Shown: in pieces, positions 9,901 to 18,188 of the stretch
Position numbering within the stretch: position 1 is the first letter of the stretch
Layout: each line of letters opens with the position of its first letter
Source: a virus
Lineage: Duplodnaviria > Caudoviricetes
Direction: 5' to 3' (one strand)
DNA: 27,097 nt
IMG/VR virus record: IMGVR_UViG_3300044580_000387
Coordinates: 1-27,097 of that record
The notes under the pieces: model-generated
What the model saw: only the letters and a program-made list of their open reading frames with translations
The model's database searches: none
What the model was told of the DNA's origin: nothing
Translations under genes and position numbers: made by a program

Positions 9901-10823
9901 AGGCCGTTGGTGGCAATCGTGGAGGCCACAACAGCGGCCTTATATGCTCCGTATGTTACGGCAATTATCTTGATTACGTCAACTACCTTTTCGTAATTCT
10001 CAACCAGGTTGGTTAAACCCTTAATACTTCCAGCTAAAACCCCCTCATTACTAGTGCCAATTTCATTCAGCATCCTATCCCACGCATCGCCAAGATTGCT
10101 TATCATGCCGGTTAAACTTTTGCTTTGCTTTTCCATAAGGTTAAAGAACATCCCGCCCTCGTCGGTAAGGTTCTTTATAACCATTTGTACGTCCTCAAAG
10201 CCTACTTTACCGGTTTCAACCAGCTTATAAACTTCAGCCTGAGTAACTCCGAAGGCGTTGGCTAACTCGCTAACCATAGGAATACCAGCTTCGGTAAATT
10301 GGCGGAGGTCATCGCCCATCAGCTTTCCCTTGGCCTTAACCTGCCCGTAAGCCATAATCAACCTATCCAATGGAACACTTAGACCTGCAGCCACATTACC
10401 TAATCTTGTGGTTGTATCAATAACATCTTCCTGGGCAACCTGGTAAGCCAGCAGCTGCTTCGCCGCCTGTCCTACCTGGGTTAACGAAAACGGGGTTTTT
10501 GCGGAAAGTTCAACAACTTGGCTCATTAGCCTATCGGCTTTATCCTTATTGCCCAGCATCGTTTCAAGGGCAATACCCATTTGCTGAAATTCGCCCCTTA
10601 CGTTTATAAGCTCCTGGCCAAATCCCTTAATTGCCTGAAATGAGAAGTAAGCACCTAGGCCAGCCCCAAGAGTGCGCATTATCTTGTTGGTTTCGTCAAC
10701 CTCGCGTTTAGCCGTTTGGCTAATTCCGCTAATCTCTGCGCGCATCTTTCCCGCTTCCTGCTTAAAGTTTACATTCTTAAGCACGAATTCAACGTCAACA
10801 GGGCCTAGCTTTTGTGTGCTCAT
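6999..10823 (-). CDS. Tape measure protein
   Basis: 1274 aa helical; 'KTPFSL..V..AAKQLLAY...YGQVKAKGKLMGDDLRQFTEAGIP' tape-measure domain; follows chaperones. Confidence 0.95.
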   Translation of the reverse strand: MSTQKLGPVDVEFVLKNVNFKQEAGKMRAEISGISQTAKREVDETNKIMRTLGAGLGAYFSFQAIKGFGQELINVRGEFQQMGIALETMLGNKDKADRLMSQVVELSAKTPFSLTQVGQAAKQLLAYQVAQEDVIDTTTRLGNVAAGLSVPLDRLIMAYGQVKAKGKLMGDDLRQFTEAGIPMVSELANAFGVTQAEVYKLVETGKVGFEDVQMVIKNLTDEGGMFFNLMEKQSKSLTGMISNLGDAWDRMLNEIGTSNEGVLAGSIKGLTNLVENYEKVVDVIKIIAVTYGAYKAAVVASTIATNGLTIAENLHYAALVIAEKAQKLLNITSLANPYVALATALTAVVGGLVIYSKWTNDISEKSKVLSEVTSDVNLQLENENSQLEVYKRRIEQTNPGSKERVRLVKELNERYPDLLSNVDAENSSVETLTSTFNSYIANLEKTIRLKTLESKLTDVINEKQNLESQYREKAISANERYEKSLRLDERRNVLIEELQYQKDLVDYGQTNADLLKEKRKLEEEIANIPTIANELRVKPQTFEEFKEMQLQLAKAAADAGRPFKQSLKDIEAAYNDYVKSLSDTNNDYDAKVNRIQEINNLLKKSESSDNERKLRTVDVIDAEIKKLKDDQQALSDTAKKWEEYQKRIDKLTREREGITGTKKDDKVTGKVGVWEEKEALEKDLQDFATYQDRRLAIIEKYSKSRKRLQKEGYYDQAAEASERMQKELDELDAAQFKKSESYRWVYDNIENMGRKALQNYIARLKAEIDAYKGSEEVKLELTKKLAEAEEKQKLFIPDRLRDSAAILTDMSEVAGVFNAELAESIKMAADLAGNLANALAQFAAGNVVGGVVGIAATFAQVATKIVDDFKQGSESAKQAREDMLSFMQSYQLMLLTLRNEDYEDVFGVRAIEKASNAWAIALEALEAYNKVINKSTQTDTIRNLLGSNVLKFDTDLENMRIKVKDYGKMAEAFGKNDKYKSLKDLAPQLWNDGVFDTEAAKLFLDTNKQLTKEQRAQIQNAIDLKERYDEAMAAVREEIESTYGSLGTEITDSLVNALENGANAWEDFYNAGADSLEGLGKKIAYELFFAGKFDQLQKQLEQTYKLTDAQQVANAQMNILENFFANINGDMQLAQEWMEEWQRKAGEAGFDLWTSGSESAGGLSGAISGMSQETADLMAGQLGAMRIHLADIASVVTGGFNSNLNINTTELEYSFGLGLNAINNGITRSNEYLMQIEQNTRTINDIKALISKGILVREQNGFTDLFRDIRITGR

Positions 10824-11038
10824 ACTTTTAAGAATTTCCTAGCTTCCTCTGCGGTTTTTATTTCCTTTTTCTTTTGTTCGGTGGTGTAGCGCGGTGCATC
10901 GGCAATCATCATTTGCAAATTTGTCCAGCTAATATCCCATATTATGTAATCCAACGTCCAGCCCGTAGCTGTTGCTATGCTCCAAATTGTTCCCCAGGGG
11001 CTATGAAGGCCTTCGGTTCGGCCTTTTAACTCCCCTTT
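10820..11038 (-). CDS. Tail assembly chaperone GT C-terminal part (via -1 frameshift)
   Basis: -1 frame relative to G, entered at A_AAG_GGG (11038-11032); 'GWTLDYIIWDISWTNLQMMIADAPRY'; stop overlaps tape measure start. The called 11185 start is probably not real. Confidence 0.75.
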   Translation of the reverse strand, partial: KGELKGRTEGLHSPWGTIWSIATATGWTLDYIIWDISWTNLQMMIADAPRYTTEQKKKEIKTAEEARKFLKV

Positions 11039-11520
11039 ACGCTCGGACTCAGGTTCTCCTCCGTCTTCCTCTCCAGAAGATTTATCGAGTTGAACAATCT
11101 GATAGTATTCGTAAAATCCTTCACCCCCCCAAGCAGCACAATAGTCATAAATAGAGCTGCCGTTTTGTTGGCATCGAGCCGCCACTTTAGCTTATTGGCT
11201 AGCGCGTTACACTTTTTATCAGATATTGTCCTGTTGTTTATTATGGCAGTAGCAATCCATCTGAGTATTTTATCGCCATATAATTCCACCAGGGAGTAAG
11301 CCTCCTGAAACGAGCCTTCATTCAGCTTATCCAAACCTGCATTTAAATCTGCACTAATCCCACTCATGGCAATGAGAGTTCCCATCTTCGGTCGGTAAAT
11401 GGTTATATCTACCGTTTTTTTTCCGATAACCCTTAAATAAAAAGGGGCGGGGATTTGAAACCTTACGCCCCTTTCCAGAATGGTATCGGCGGCTTGCTGC
11501 TGTACCTTTTGTTCATCCAT
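11026..11520 (-). CDS. Tail assembly chaperone G
   Basis: 164 aa between tail tube and tape measure; slippery heptamer just before stop. Confidence 0.78.
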   Translation of the reverse strand: MDEQKVQQQAADTILERGVRFQIPAPFYLRVIGKKTVDITIYRPKMGTLIAMSGISADLNAGLDKLNEGSFQEAYSLVELYGDKILRWIATAIINNRTISDKKCNALANKLKWRLDANKTAALFMTIVLLGGVKDFTNTIRLFNSINLLERKTEENLSPSVKGS

Positions 11521-11526
11521 ATACCA

Positions 11527-12039
11527 TTATTCTTCCGAAATCATTATTGGAGATGTGTTTGCCTTGGTAGGTGTGAGAATTGTTGCGGTTACATCAACAA
11601 GTGCTACGCCATTTTTAACTACTTTGGCGTTCAGCTTTGCCATGATTTTTGCGCGGGGAATCTTGAATTTTACGCCGGATTTCGAAATCAACTCTATCGA
11701 TTTCTCGAGTGATGGCGATGTTGTGGGAGCATTCCATACTTTAGGGTCCAATTCAGTTCCCTCACCGGTTACGGTTCCGCCAAGAACCTTAACCAGGGTG
11801 TCTGGAGTGTAGTCCATAATGCTCCATTTAAGGGTTCGCTTGCCAAGCTTCTCAATGCTTTCAACAGGATCGTCGTTTTCCTCACATTCAATGTCGGTAA
11901 CCTCAGCATCATCCTGCATAAGTTCGCAGGAATCCTTGTAGGTAACACCAACAGCTGCGAGAGATGTTCCCATACCGCCATCCACAGCGATATCGCCAAT
12001 TTTTAAGGACGCTAGTCCTATGCTTCTTTTTTCTGCCAT
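11527..12039 (-). CDS. Major tail (tube) protein
   Basis: 170 aa, beta-rich, directly upstream of chaperones and tape measure. Confidence 0.75.
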   Translation of the reverse strand: MAEKRSIGLASLKIGDIAVDGGMGTSLAAVGVTYKDSCELMQDDAEVTDIECEENDDPVESIEKLGKRTLKWSIMDYTPDTLVKVLGGTVTGEGTELDPKVWNAPTTSPSLEKSIELISKSGVKFKIPRAKIMAKLNAKVVKNGVALVDVTATILTPTKANTSPIMISEE

Positions 12040-12043
12040 TTCC

Positions 12044-12577
12044 TTATAATTTAGATTTAGAGTTAAACAACTTTGAAATAATACTTAATTTGCCTTTAAA
12101 GCATTTGTAAGCGACAAAAGCAAAAAGTGCAACAGCGGCAATACGTCCAAGCCATATCTGAAATATTTGCCACTGGGTTAATCCGTTGGTATAAATAGGG
12201 TAGGGTACTTTTACAGGCTTTTCGCGGTAAACAGTTGCAACGCTATCGGTTTTTTCAAGTTTCTCGGTTTTTCTTCCCGTATCAGTTGCTTTTACGTTTA
12301 GCGTGTTATTGTCTAAGTTCAGGTTCTGGATAACCCTTTCGCCCTGCAAACTTTCAATCTGTGTAAGGTAAACATTGCCAATGCTATCGCACATAAGAAA
12401 CGCTTTAAGCCAGGCACTATCGGGCGGTAGCTGTACTTCTTTAATCTCCTTAACCACCTTAACATTTGTGCTTGTGCTATCGTGTAGTGTTACCGTTGGG
12501 GTAACTACCTTACGGTTGCAACCGGGTATTATGGTTAATATGACTAGTGTGGTTAATAGTTTACTTCTCACTTTCAA
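12044..12577 (-). CDS. Lipoprotein with C-terminal TM, putative unimolecular spanin
   Basis: Likely start TTG 12577 or GTG 12571 overlapping upstream stop; lipobox IIPGC; C-terminal TM WLGRIAAVALFAFVAY; last gene of lysis cassette. Confidence 0.65.
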   Translation of the reverse strand: MKVRSKLLTTLVILTIIPGCNRKVVTPTVTLHDSTSTNVKVVKEIKEVQLPPDSAWLKAFLMCDSIGNVYLTQIESLQGERVIQNLNLDNNTLNVKATDTGRKTEKLEKTDSVATVYREKPVKVPYPIYTNGLTQWQIFQIWLGRIAAVALFAFVAYKCFKGKLSIISKLFNSKSKL

Positions 12578-12917
12578 TGTTTTTTTGCAATTCGTCAACA
12601 ACTTTATGCACATTCTCGGGTGTAATTGATTTAAGCGCATTTATTATCATCTCGTTGGTTTTGCGAACTTTTTTAAGCTCAAGAATAAGCTTCTTATTCT
12701 CATCGCTTAAATTCTGAACTTTTGCATTTAAATCTTCAGCCATTTTACGCCAAATTGTAATTGCCTGCTCAACTCTATCCAGCTCTGTAATGTCTGCCTG
12801 AGCTTCTGCTTGCCTTGTCTCTGCAGCATTTTTACGGCGGGCAAAAATCCAAGCCACAAGTGCCGACACAAAACCAGTACCTCCAGCTGCCAGTATGCCT
12901 AATATAATGTCGCTCAT
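12561..12917 (-). CDS. Holin-like membrane protein (one N-terminal TM + coiled coil)
   Basis: IILGILAAGGTGFVSALVAWIF then RRK and heptads; ATGA overlap with amidase. Confidence 0.6.
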   Translation of the reverse strand: MSDIILGILAAGGTGFVSALVAWIFARRKNAAETRQAEAQADITELDRVEQAITIWRKMAEDLNAKVQNLSDENKKLILELKKVRKTNEMIINALKSITPENVHKVVDELQKNIESEK

Positions 12918-13366
12918 GGCTGGTAGATGTTTAGTTCAGGGATTCCGATAGAACGTAGCCATTGCGGAACATCGAATGACGGACACGTCTTATTAGCGGC
13001 GAATTGGTAATGCCCTGCAACTTTTACTCCCGGGTGTTTCTTTACAAATTCACGAACAAAAGCCATCATAGCGCCTTTTTGGGCAATGGTTCTAGTGTCG
13101 CCACCTTTTCCACCAACATAAACAATGTGCCTGCTTACCGCATTTTTCCCTGCAACTCCGTTGGTAATTTCCCAGGGGTCAACCGTATCGTCGTTATTGT
13201 TGTCAACAAGGCTCTCAATACCGCCGTTAATGTGAATCATGTCGGAATAACCTACCTGTTTCCAACCGCGCTCAACTAAATGCCACTGGCGTATAACAGC
13301 CGAGGATATTTCGCGACCTGCGGGTGTATCGGTGCAATGAATTATTAGGTACTGTAGTTTTGCCAT
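12914..13366 (-). CDS. Endolysin, N-acetylmuramoyl-L-alanine amidase (T7 lysozyme/Amidase_2 type)
   Basis: Zn ligands in 'LIIHCT', 'GHYQF', 'KTCPSFDV'; 'IRQWH..RGW..VGY', 'HIVYVGG'. Confidence 0.92.
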   Translation of the reverse strand: MAKLQYLIIHCTDTPAGREISSAVIRQWHLVERGWKQVGYSDMIHINGGIESLVDNNNDDTVDPWEITNGVAGKNAVSRHIVYVGGKGGDTRTIAQKGAMMAFVREFVKKHPGVKVAGHYQFAANKTCPSFDVPQWLRSIGIPELNIYQP

Positions 13367-13385
13367 TTTCTTGCTTTTATTAAAC

Positions 13386-13414
13386 CCTCCCTACTCGTTT
13401 TCACTTTCGGGAGG
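13386..13414 (-). terminator. Possible stem-loop between capsid and lysis genes
   Basis: CCTCCC...GGGAGG arms with a long loop, short T-run on minus strand. Confidence 0.35.
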
Positions 13415-13441
13415 ATTTTTCGGAGGTTGGTTTATGCTATA

Positions 13442-14521
13442 CTACACCGATGCTTGAACAAGGGCAATAACGCCTTTACCATCGTTGCGTTTCTTACGTC
13501 CGCCAGCTCTTAACAGCGCTGAGTAAATATCGCCGAAGTAAGTGGCGTCACCTTCGTTCTCATAAAATTCTTGAGTACCCAGCGCACGGATAACCATATC
13601 CTTCTGCCAGAAAAGTCCGGCTGCATTATCGGTAGCCGCCGATGCGGCATCCGGGGCTTTTACCGCAGGTGTGGTATCGTTGGTGTAAGAAAGCACGCTA
13701 GGACGAGGAGGTAGGAAGGTAAAGCCATACAGCTTGCCAACTGTTCCCTCTGCGGGGTTCAGCTGTGCGCTGAAATCCCTGTATTGGGTAGCAGTCATAT
13801 CGTCCAGCAGCTGGTCATACATATCGGCGTCAAGCTGTGCATACCGATCTTGGGAGCCAATAAGCTGCTTGTTCATGGTAAGCTGTGCCTTCTTTACATC
13901 GGCTACGGTTAACTTCTTACGACTACCAGTTCCAACATGCGCAGTTACGCTTGAACCGGTGGTTCTAATAATGTTAGTTGCTGCACTAGGAGCCCAGTAG
14001 TAGAAGAACCAATCGCCGACTAGCTCGGCAAGTGCGTTGCTCTGCTCAGATGTAACGCTTAAGCGTTTATCGTAGCTAGTCTCGTACTGCTCGGCATTTG
14101 TAATAAGAATAGGGTCGGTGGTGTACTCGTCCAGGCTAAAGGTTATGTCAACGTCTTCCCTTATAGTAACTGAAGCTGGTAAATTTGTCCTATTTCTTTT
14201 TACGCCCGGCTTGTTTCCCGCGTTTGGTATATGCACTACTTTGCCCGCCAGCACGAATTGGTCGGCGTTCATCGCATAATTTAAGTGCGGATTTGCCTTA
14301 AATAGGTTGGCAACAATATCGCCTATCCAAATCTCCTTTTGAATTGCCATTCCTAGCACTCCTTTAGGCATAGGGAGAAACGATACTACTGCTTCAATCC
14401 CAAGCAATCCTTTAAAAATTGCGACGGGAGTAAGTTCCAAAGCGGGCGCAATGCCCACAGCCATTGCCACGTTAAAAACTAACGTGCCAAGAATTAAGAA
14501 TAAGATTTTTAGTGTCTTCAT
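13442..14521 (-). CDS. Major capsid protein with hydrophobic N-terminal leader
   Basis: Downstream of protease/scaffold; 'KEIW...GKVVHIPNAG', 'GTVGKLYGF', 'GDIYSAL.RAGG...R' capsid-like motifs. Confidence 0.82.
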   Translation of the reverse strand: MKTLKILFLILGTLVFNVAMAVGIAPALELTPVAIFKGLLGIEAVVSFLPMPKGVLGMAIQKEIWIGDIVANLFKANPHLNYAMNADQFVLAGKVVHIPNAGNKPGVKRNRTNLPASVTIREDVDITFSLDEYTTDPILITNAEQYETSYDKRLSVTSEQSNALAELVGDWFFYYWAPSAATNIIRTTGSSVTAHVGTGSRKKLTVADVKKAQLTMNKQLIGSQDRYAQLDADMYDQLLDDMTATQYRDFSAQLNPAEGTVGKLYGFTFLPPRPSVLSYTNDTTPAVKAPDAASAATDNAAGLFWQKDMVIRALGTQEFYENEGDATYFGDIYSALLRAGGRKKRNDGKGVIALVQASV

Positions 14522-14540
14522 ATTGATTATTGTTTATAGG

Positions 14541-15002
14541 TTAAGCACCTTCAAGCGCAGTTACCCTTGCATCTAGCGCGGCAATCAAAGAGTTTACGTA
14601 GTTGATATCAACCACGGGAACAAAAGCGGCGCCATCGTAAATAAAGGTTAAGAACACAACCTTGGTTGCAGGAACTACAACATCGGCAGCAGCGGCATCA
14701 AAACCAGTGCCCAAGGCAACTGTTCTGCCAGTATTGTCTGCGGCCAATTTTAAATGAACCTTTGCGCCAGGCGTAACCTGACTGTCAATGGTTAAGTTTA
14801 AAGTGGCGTTGCCAGTGAGTTGGGCAGGTTGGATAAATGTATCCATTTGCTTAACAGTTGCCGCAATCATTGCGGCATACGCGGGCTCCTGCTTTTCGGT
14901 AAATGGGAAAAGCACCTCGTTCTCTTGGTTTACAGCCCCAGCAGGAGCCTTAAAGTTAAACGAGTTAGATGAGCCGTCGGAGTTTTTTTTGATGTAGGTC
15001 AT
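14541..15002 (-). CDS. Putative head decoration/fibre protein
   Basis: 153 aa, beta-rich, between scaffold and capsid; C-terminal coiled coil 'IAALDARVTALE'. Confidence 0.5.
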   Translation of the reverse strand: MTYIKKNSDGSSNSFNFKAPAGAVNQENEVLFPFTEKQEPAYAAMIAATVKQMDTFIQPAQLTGNATLNLTIDSQVTPGAKVHLKLAADNTGRTVALGTGFDAAAADVVVPATKVVFLTFIYDGAAFVPVVDINYVNSLIAALDARVTALEGA

Positions 15003-15023
15003 CGTATTGTTTCGGTTTAGTTT

Positions 15024-16034
15024 TTACTTTTTAACGGGCTTTTTACCGTATTTAGCCTCGAACTTCTCCTCGTACAAATCCCAGTATTTTTCCTTTACAA
15101 GAGAAAGTTTTTGGGACTTGTCCAATTCATCCCAGCTCATTTTTTCGAGCTTGGAGTATTCGGACTTTTCGGCATCGCTTAGTTCCTCAGAAACTTTTTG
15201 TCGTTTCTGAATACTTGAGAGGGTTACCTTTGCGGCTTCGTGATCGGTGTCAAAGAACTTTTCCCACTGGGGTTTTACATCGGCGCTCAAGCGGCCATCC
15301 TTAATTGCGGCATCAATAAGGCTGGTGGCCTCTGCCTTTTTTTCGGACGCTAACTTGTCGCTTAGTTCTTTGTACTTGCGCTCGGCTTCGGCTTTGTCGG
15401 CTTCGGCCTTTGTTTTTTGGCTCATCAATTCCTGCACCTTTTCCGCCAATTGCTCGTCGGTAGCATTTTCAGGAAGAGAAACCAGCATAAGCGTTTTCTT
15501 CATCTGCGTTTCGTTTTGGTTAGTATTGTTGTTTTGTTGTAAAAGACGTACTGGCAGTTCAACGTCGCCCTCCTTTAATTCTAGGGGGTTTCCTCCCTCG
15601 TCGTAAAATGCCATAGAAAGGGCGTTATCATTCGCGCCAATGTCAACAATTGAGGCTTCGCGTGGCTTCCACTTAGTTACCGTTTCTCTGTATTGGCCTG
15701 GCTTTAAGCTTTTAGGGTCGTTACTTGTATTTATAACGGTTATGCCCACACTGGCCATTTTCAGAAAGTCATTCTCGACCTTGTCGGCTATTGCCAGGGC
15801 AAATTCGTCGTTCTCGTCAAATACCGCATCAGCCAACAACTTTCCATCCTCAATACGTATATTTTCCCAACGTCCGATCGGCAGAACCTCATCCTTGGAA
15901 CCTCTCCATGCCCGCATGTGCATCCATAGCATCACTGGGTTTTTTTTGAATTGCTTCAAATCGCAGCCATCCATGACTAACCAAAATCCGTATGAGTTTA
16001 ATGATTCGTCAGCAAGGGTAAAAGTTTTTGCCAT
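15024..16034 (-). CDS. Prohead protease (HK97-type) with C-terminal scaffold
   Basis: 'NPVMLWMH...PIGRW', 'MASVG', 'EASIVDIGAN' protease motifs; charged coiled-coil C-half with 'LIDAAIKDGRL'. Confidence 0.88.
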   Translation of the reverse strand: MAKTFTLADESLNSYGFWLVMDGCDLKQFKKNPVMLWMHMRAWRGSKDEVLPIGRWENIRIEDGKLLADAVFDENDEFALAIADKVENDFLKMASVGITVINTSNDPKSLKPGQYRETVTKWKPREASIVDIGANDNALSMAFYDEGGNPLELKEGDVELPVRLLQQNNNTNQNETQMKKTLMLVSLPENATDEQLAEKVQELMSQKTKAEADKAEAERKYKELSDKLASEKKAEATSLIDAAIKDGRLSADVKPQWEKFFDTDHEAAKVTLSSIQKRQKVSEELSDAEKSEYSKLEKMSWDELDKSQKLSLVKEKYWDLYEEKFEAKYGKKPVKK

Positions 16035-16066
16035 ATGCGTTAGTCTATGCGTTTACTTTAGTCATA

Positions 16067-16074
16067 CAAATCTA
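16067..16074 (-). promoter_or_regulatory. Bacteroidetes -7 promoter element for head/lysis/tail operon
   Basis: TAGATTTG (TAnnTTTG) ~33 nt upstream of protease ATG. Confidence 0.55.
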
Positions 16075-16191
16075 AAGTGCCCGTAGCACCTATAAAAATT
16101 TATGTTTTATTAAAGTGCTAAAATGGCACTACTATATGCCATTATTTCATCTTTATTGATTTTTGATTTCCGTTACATCCCTTAAATAATG

Positions 16192-16199
16192 TAGTTTTG
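16192..16199 (+). promoter_or_regulatory. Bacteroidetes -7 promoter element for packaging operon
   Basis: TAGTTTTG 16 nt upstream of TerS ATG. Confidence 0.55.
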
Positions 16200-16215
16200 C
16201 TTTAAAAGTGGTGGC

Positions 16216-16656
16216 ATGAAAAACGACCAAAAAAAGGAATTAGCGAAGCTACTATTCATAAACGAGAGGCTAACCCAGAAAGAAATATGTGCCAGGGTAG
16301 AAGTTTCAGAAAAAACCATCTCTAAGTGGGTTAACACCGAGGACTGGAAAAGACTTCGGCAAAGTCTCATCATTACAAAGGAGGAACAGTTGCGGCGTAT
16401 ATACGAGCAAATCGACGAGTTAAATATTGCAATTTCACAACGCGAGCCTGGAAAGCGATATGCTAACTCAAAAGAAGGTGATACGCTAGCCAAGTTAACG
16501 GCTTCGGCAAAAAACTTGGAAACAGAGGCCTCAATTTCTGACATTATAAGCGTTTCAAAAAAATTTCTGAACTGGCTTCGCCCTGTTGATTTGGAAAAGG
16601 CTAAGGATTTTGCAAATTATATGGACTTGTTCATAAAGGATCAGCTAAAGCGGTAG
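16216..16656 (+). CDS. Terminase small subunit-like HTH protein
   Basis: 'LTQKEICARVEVSEKTISKWV...W' HTH; immediately before TerL. Confidence 0.78.
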   Translation: MKNDQKKELAKLLFINERLTQKEICARVEVSEKTISKWVNTEDWKRLRQSLIITKEEQLRRIYEQIDELNIAISQREPGKRYANSKEGDTLAKLTASAKNLETEASISDIISVSKKFLNWLRPVDLEKAKDFANYMDLFIKDQLKR

Positions 16657-16657
16657 T

Positions 16658-18187
16658 ATGGTAAAGTTAACCGATAGGCAGGCACTTATTGCGTGGGAGG
16701 AGTTTAGGGATAACCTGATAAAGTCCACTGTTGTTGATTTTAACGAAACTGAAGTCGAAAAGGCCAAACGCATTGCCAAACTCGAAGAAAACCCTGAGGA
16801 TTGGTTTAAGTACTACTTTCCGAATTACTACAAATGTACTCCTGCGCAATTTCAAACTAAAGCAACAAAAAGGCTACTGAAAAATAAGCGTTGGTATGAG
16901 GTTAGAGCGTGGAGTCGGGAGTTGGCAAAGTCCGTACGCTCTATGTTCGAAACGCTTTACCTCGCATTAGCAACAGATGAGGTTCGAAATGTTCTTCTTG
17001 TTTCAAACTCATGGGATAATGCCGTAAGGCTTTTAACGCCTTTTCAGATAAACCTTGAGAGCAACGCCCGTATTATTAACGACTACGGCGAGCAGCTTCA
17101 AATAGGGCATTGGGAAATAGGCGAGTTTATAACAAAAAAAGGCGTTTCCTTCCGAGCCCTGGGCGCTGGGCAAAGTCCCCGCGGTACTCGCAACGAGGAT
17201 TTACGCGTGGATATGTTAATTATTGACGACTTCGACACCGACGAGGAGTGCCGCAACGCAAAAATTATTGACCAAAAATGGAAATGGCTTGAGCAGGCTC
17301 TTTTTCCAACCGTGTCAATTTCGGGAAACTACCGCATTTTATTCAACGGTAATATAATTGCAAAGGATTGCTGCATTACCAGGGCAATAAAAAAGGCCAT
17401 GCACGCCGATATTATTAACATTCGCGATAAGAATGGCAAATCTGTTTGGCCAAGCAAGAACAGCGAGACCGATATTGACTTATTTCTTTCTCTAATTAGC
17501 TACTCATCTGCACAAAAGGAGTTTTTCAACAATCCAATTACGGAGGGTTCCGTATTCAAGGAAGTTCGTTGGGATGTTGTGCCACCTTTGCACAAGTTTA
17601 AGTACCTAGTTCTTTATGGCGACCCCGCGCCAAGCAATAAGGAGAATAAGGACGGTAGCTACAAGTTTGTAGGCCTGCTGGGCGAGTTAGAGGGAAAATT
17701 TTATATTATAAACTGCTTTCTCGACCGCGCCACCAATACCCGATTTATTGAGTGGTTCTACGACCTTGAGGATTATGTCAAGGATAAAACCCAGATTTAC
17801 AGGTATGTGGAGAACAACTCGCTGCAAGACCCATTTTACGAGCAGGTTTTACAGCCGTTAATTCTTGAGCAGGGCAAAAAGCGAAACCATTATGTATTCC
17901 TAACGCCCGACGATCGCAAAAAGCCCGATAAGTTTGCCCGCGTTGAGGGAAATCTTGAGCCGCTTAACAGGCAGGGTAAGTTAATTTTCAACATCGCCGA
18001 GAAAAACAATCTAAATATGCAACGGTTAGAGGAGCAATTTAAGGCTGTTGACCCGCAGTTGTCATCCCACATCGACGGCCCCGACGGTGTAGAAGGTGGT
18101 GTTTGGATTTTAAACTCAAAACGTCTGGCAATTAGCCACAGCGATATTTTTGTAGGGCCTATGGCTCGAAATTCTAAACGTTACTAA
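16658..18187 (+). CDS. terL: Terminase large subunit
   Basis: Walker A-like 'WSRELAKS', 'GQSPRGTR', Walker B 'LIIDDFD', nuclease 'YGDPA' and 'HIDGPDGVEG'. Confidence 0.9.
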   Translation: MVKLTDRQALIAWEEFRDNLIKSTVVDFNETEVEKAKRIAKLEENPEDWFKYYFPNYYKCTPAQFQTKATKRLLKNKRWYEVRAWSRELAKSVRSMFETLYLALATDEVRNVLLVSNSWDNAVRLLTPFQINLESNARIINDYGEQLQIGHWEIGEFITKKGVSFRALGAGQSPRGTRNEDLRVDMLIIDDFDTDEECRNAKIIDQKWKWLEQALFPTVSISGNYRILFNGNIIAKDCCITRAIKKAMHADIINIRDKNGKSVWPSKNSETDIDLFLSLISYSSAQKEFFNNPITEGSVFKEVRWDVVPPLHKFKYLVLYGDPAPSNKENKDGSYKFVGLLGELEGKFYIINCFLDRATNTRFIEWFYDLEDYVKDKTQIYRYVENNSLQDPFYEQVLQPLILEQGKKRNHYVFLTPDDRKKPDKFARVEGNLEPLNRQGKLIFNIAEKNNLNMQRLEEQFKAVDPQLSSHIDGPDGVEGGVWILNSKRLAISHSDIFVGPMARNSKRY

Positions 18188-18188
18188 T

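Noticed and set aside
11039-11185. Independent start of the 121-aa ORF
   Set aside because: Overlaps chaperone G extensively; better explained as the -1 frame of G/GT
12578-12640. N-terminal 21 codons of the 198-aa ORF
   Set aside because: Overlap the holin-like gene and push the lipobox too far from the start
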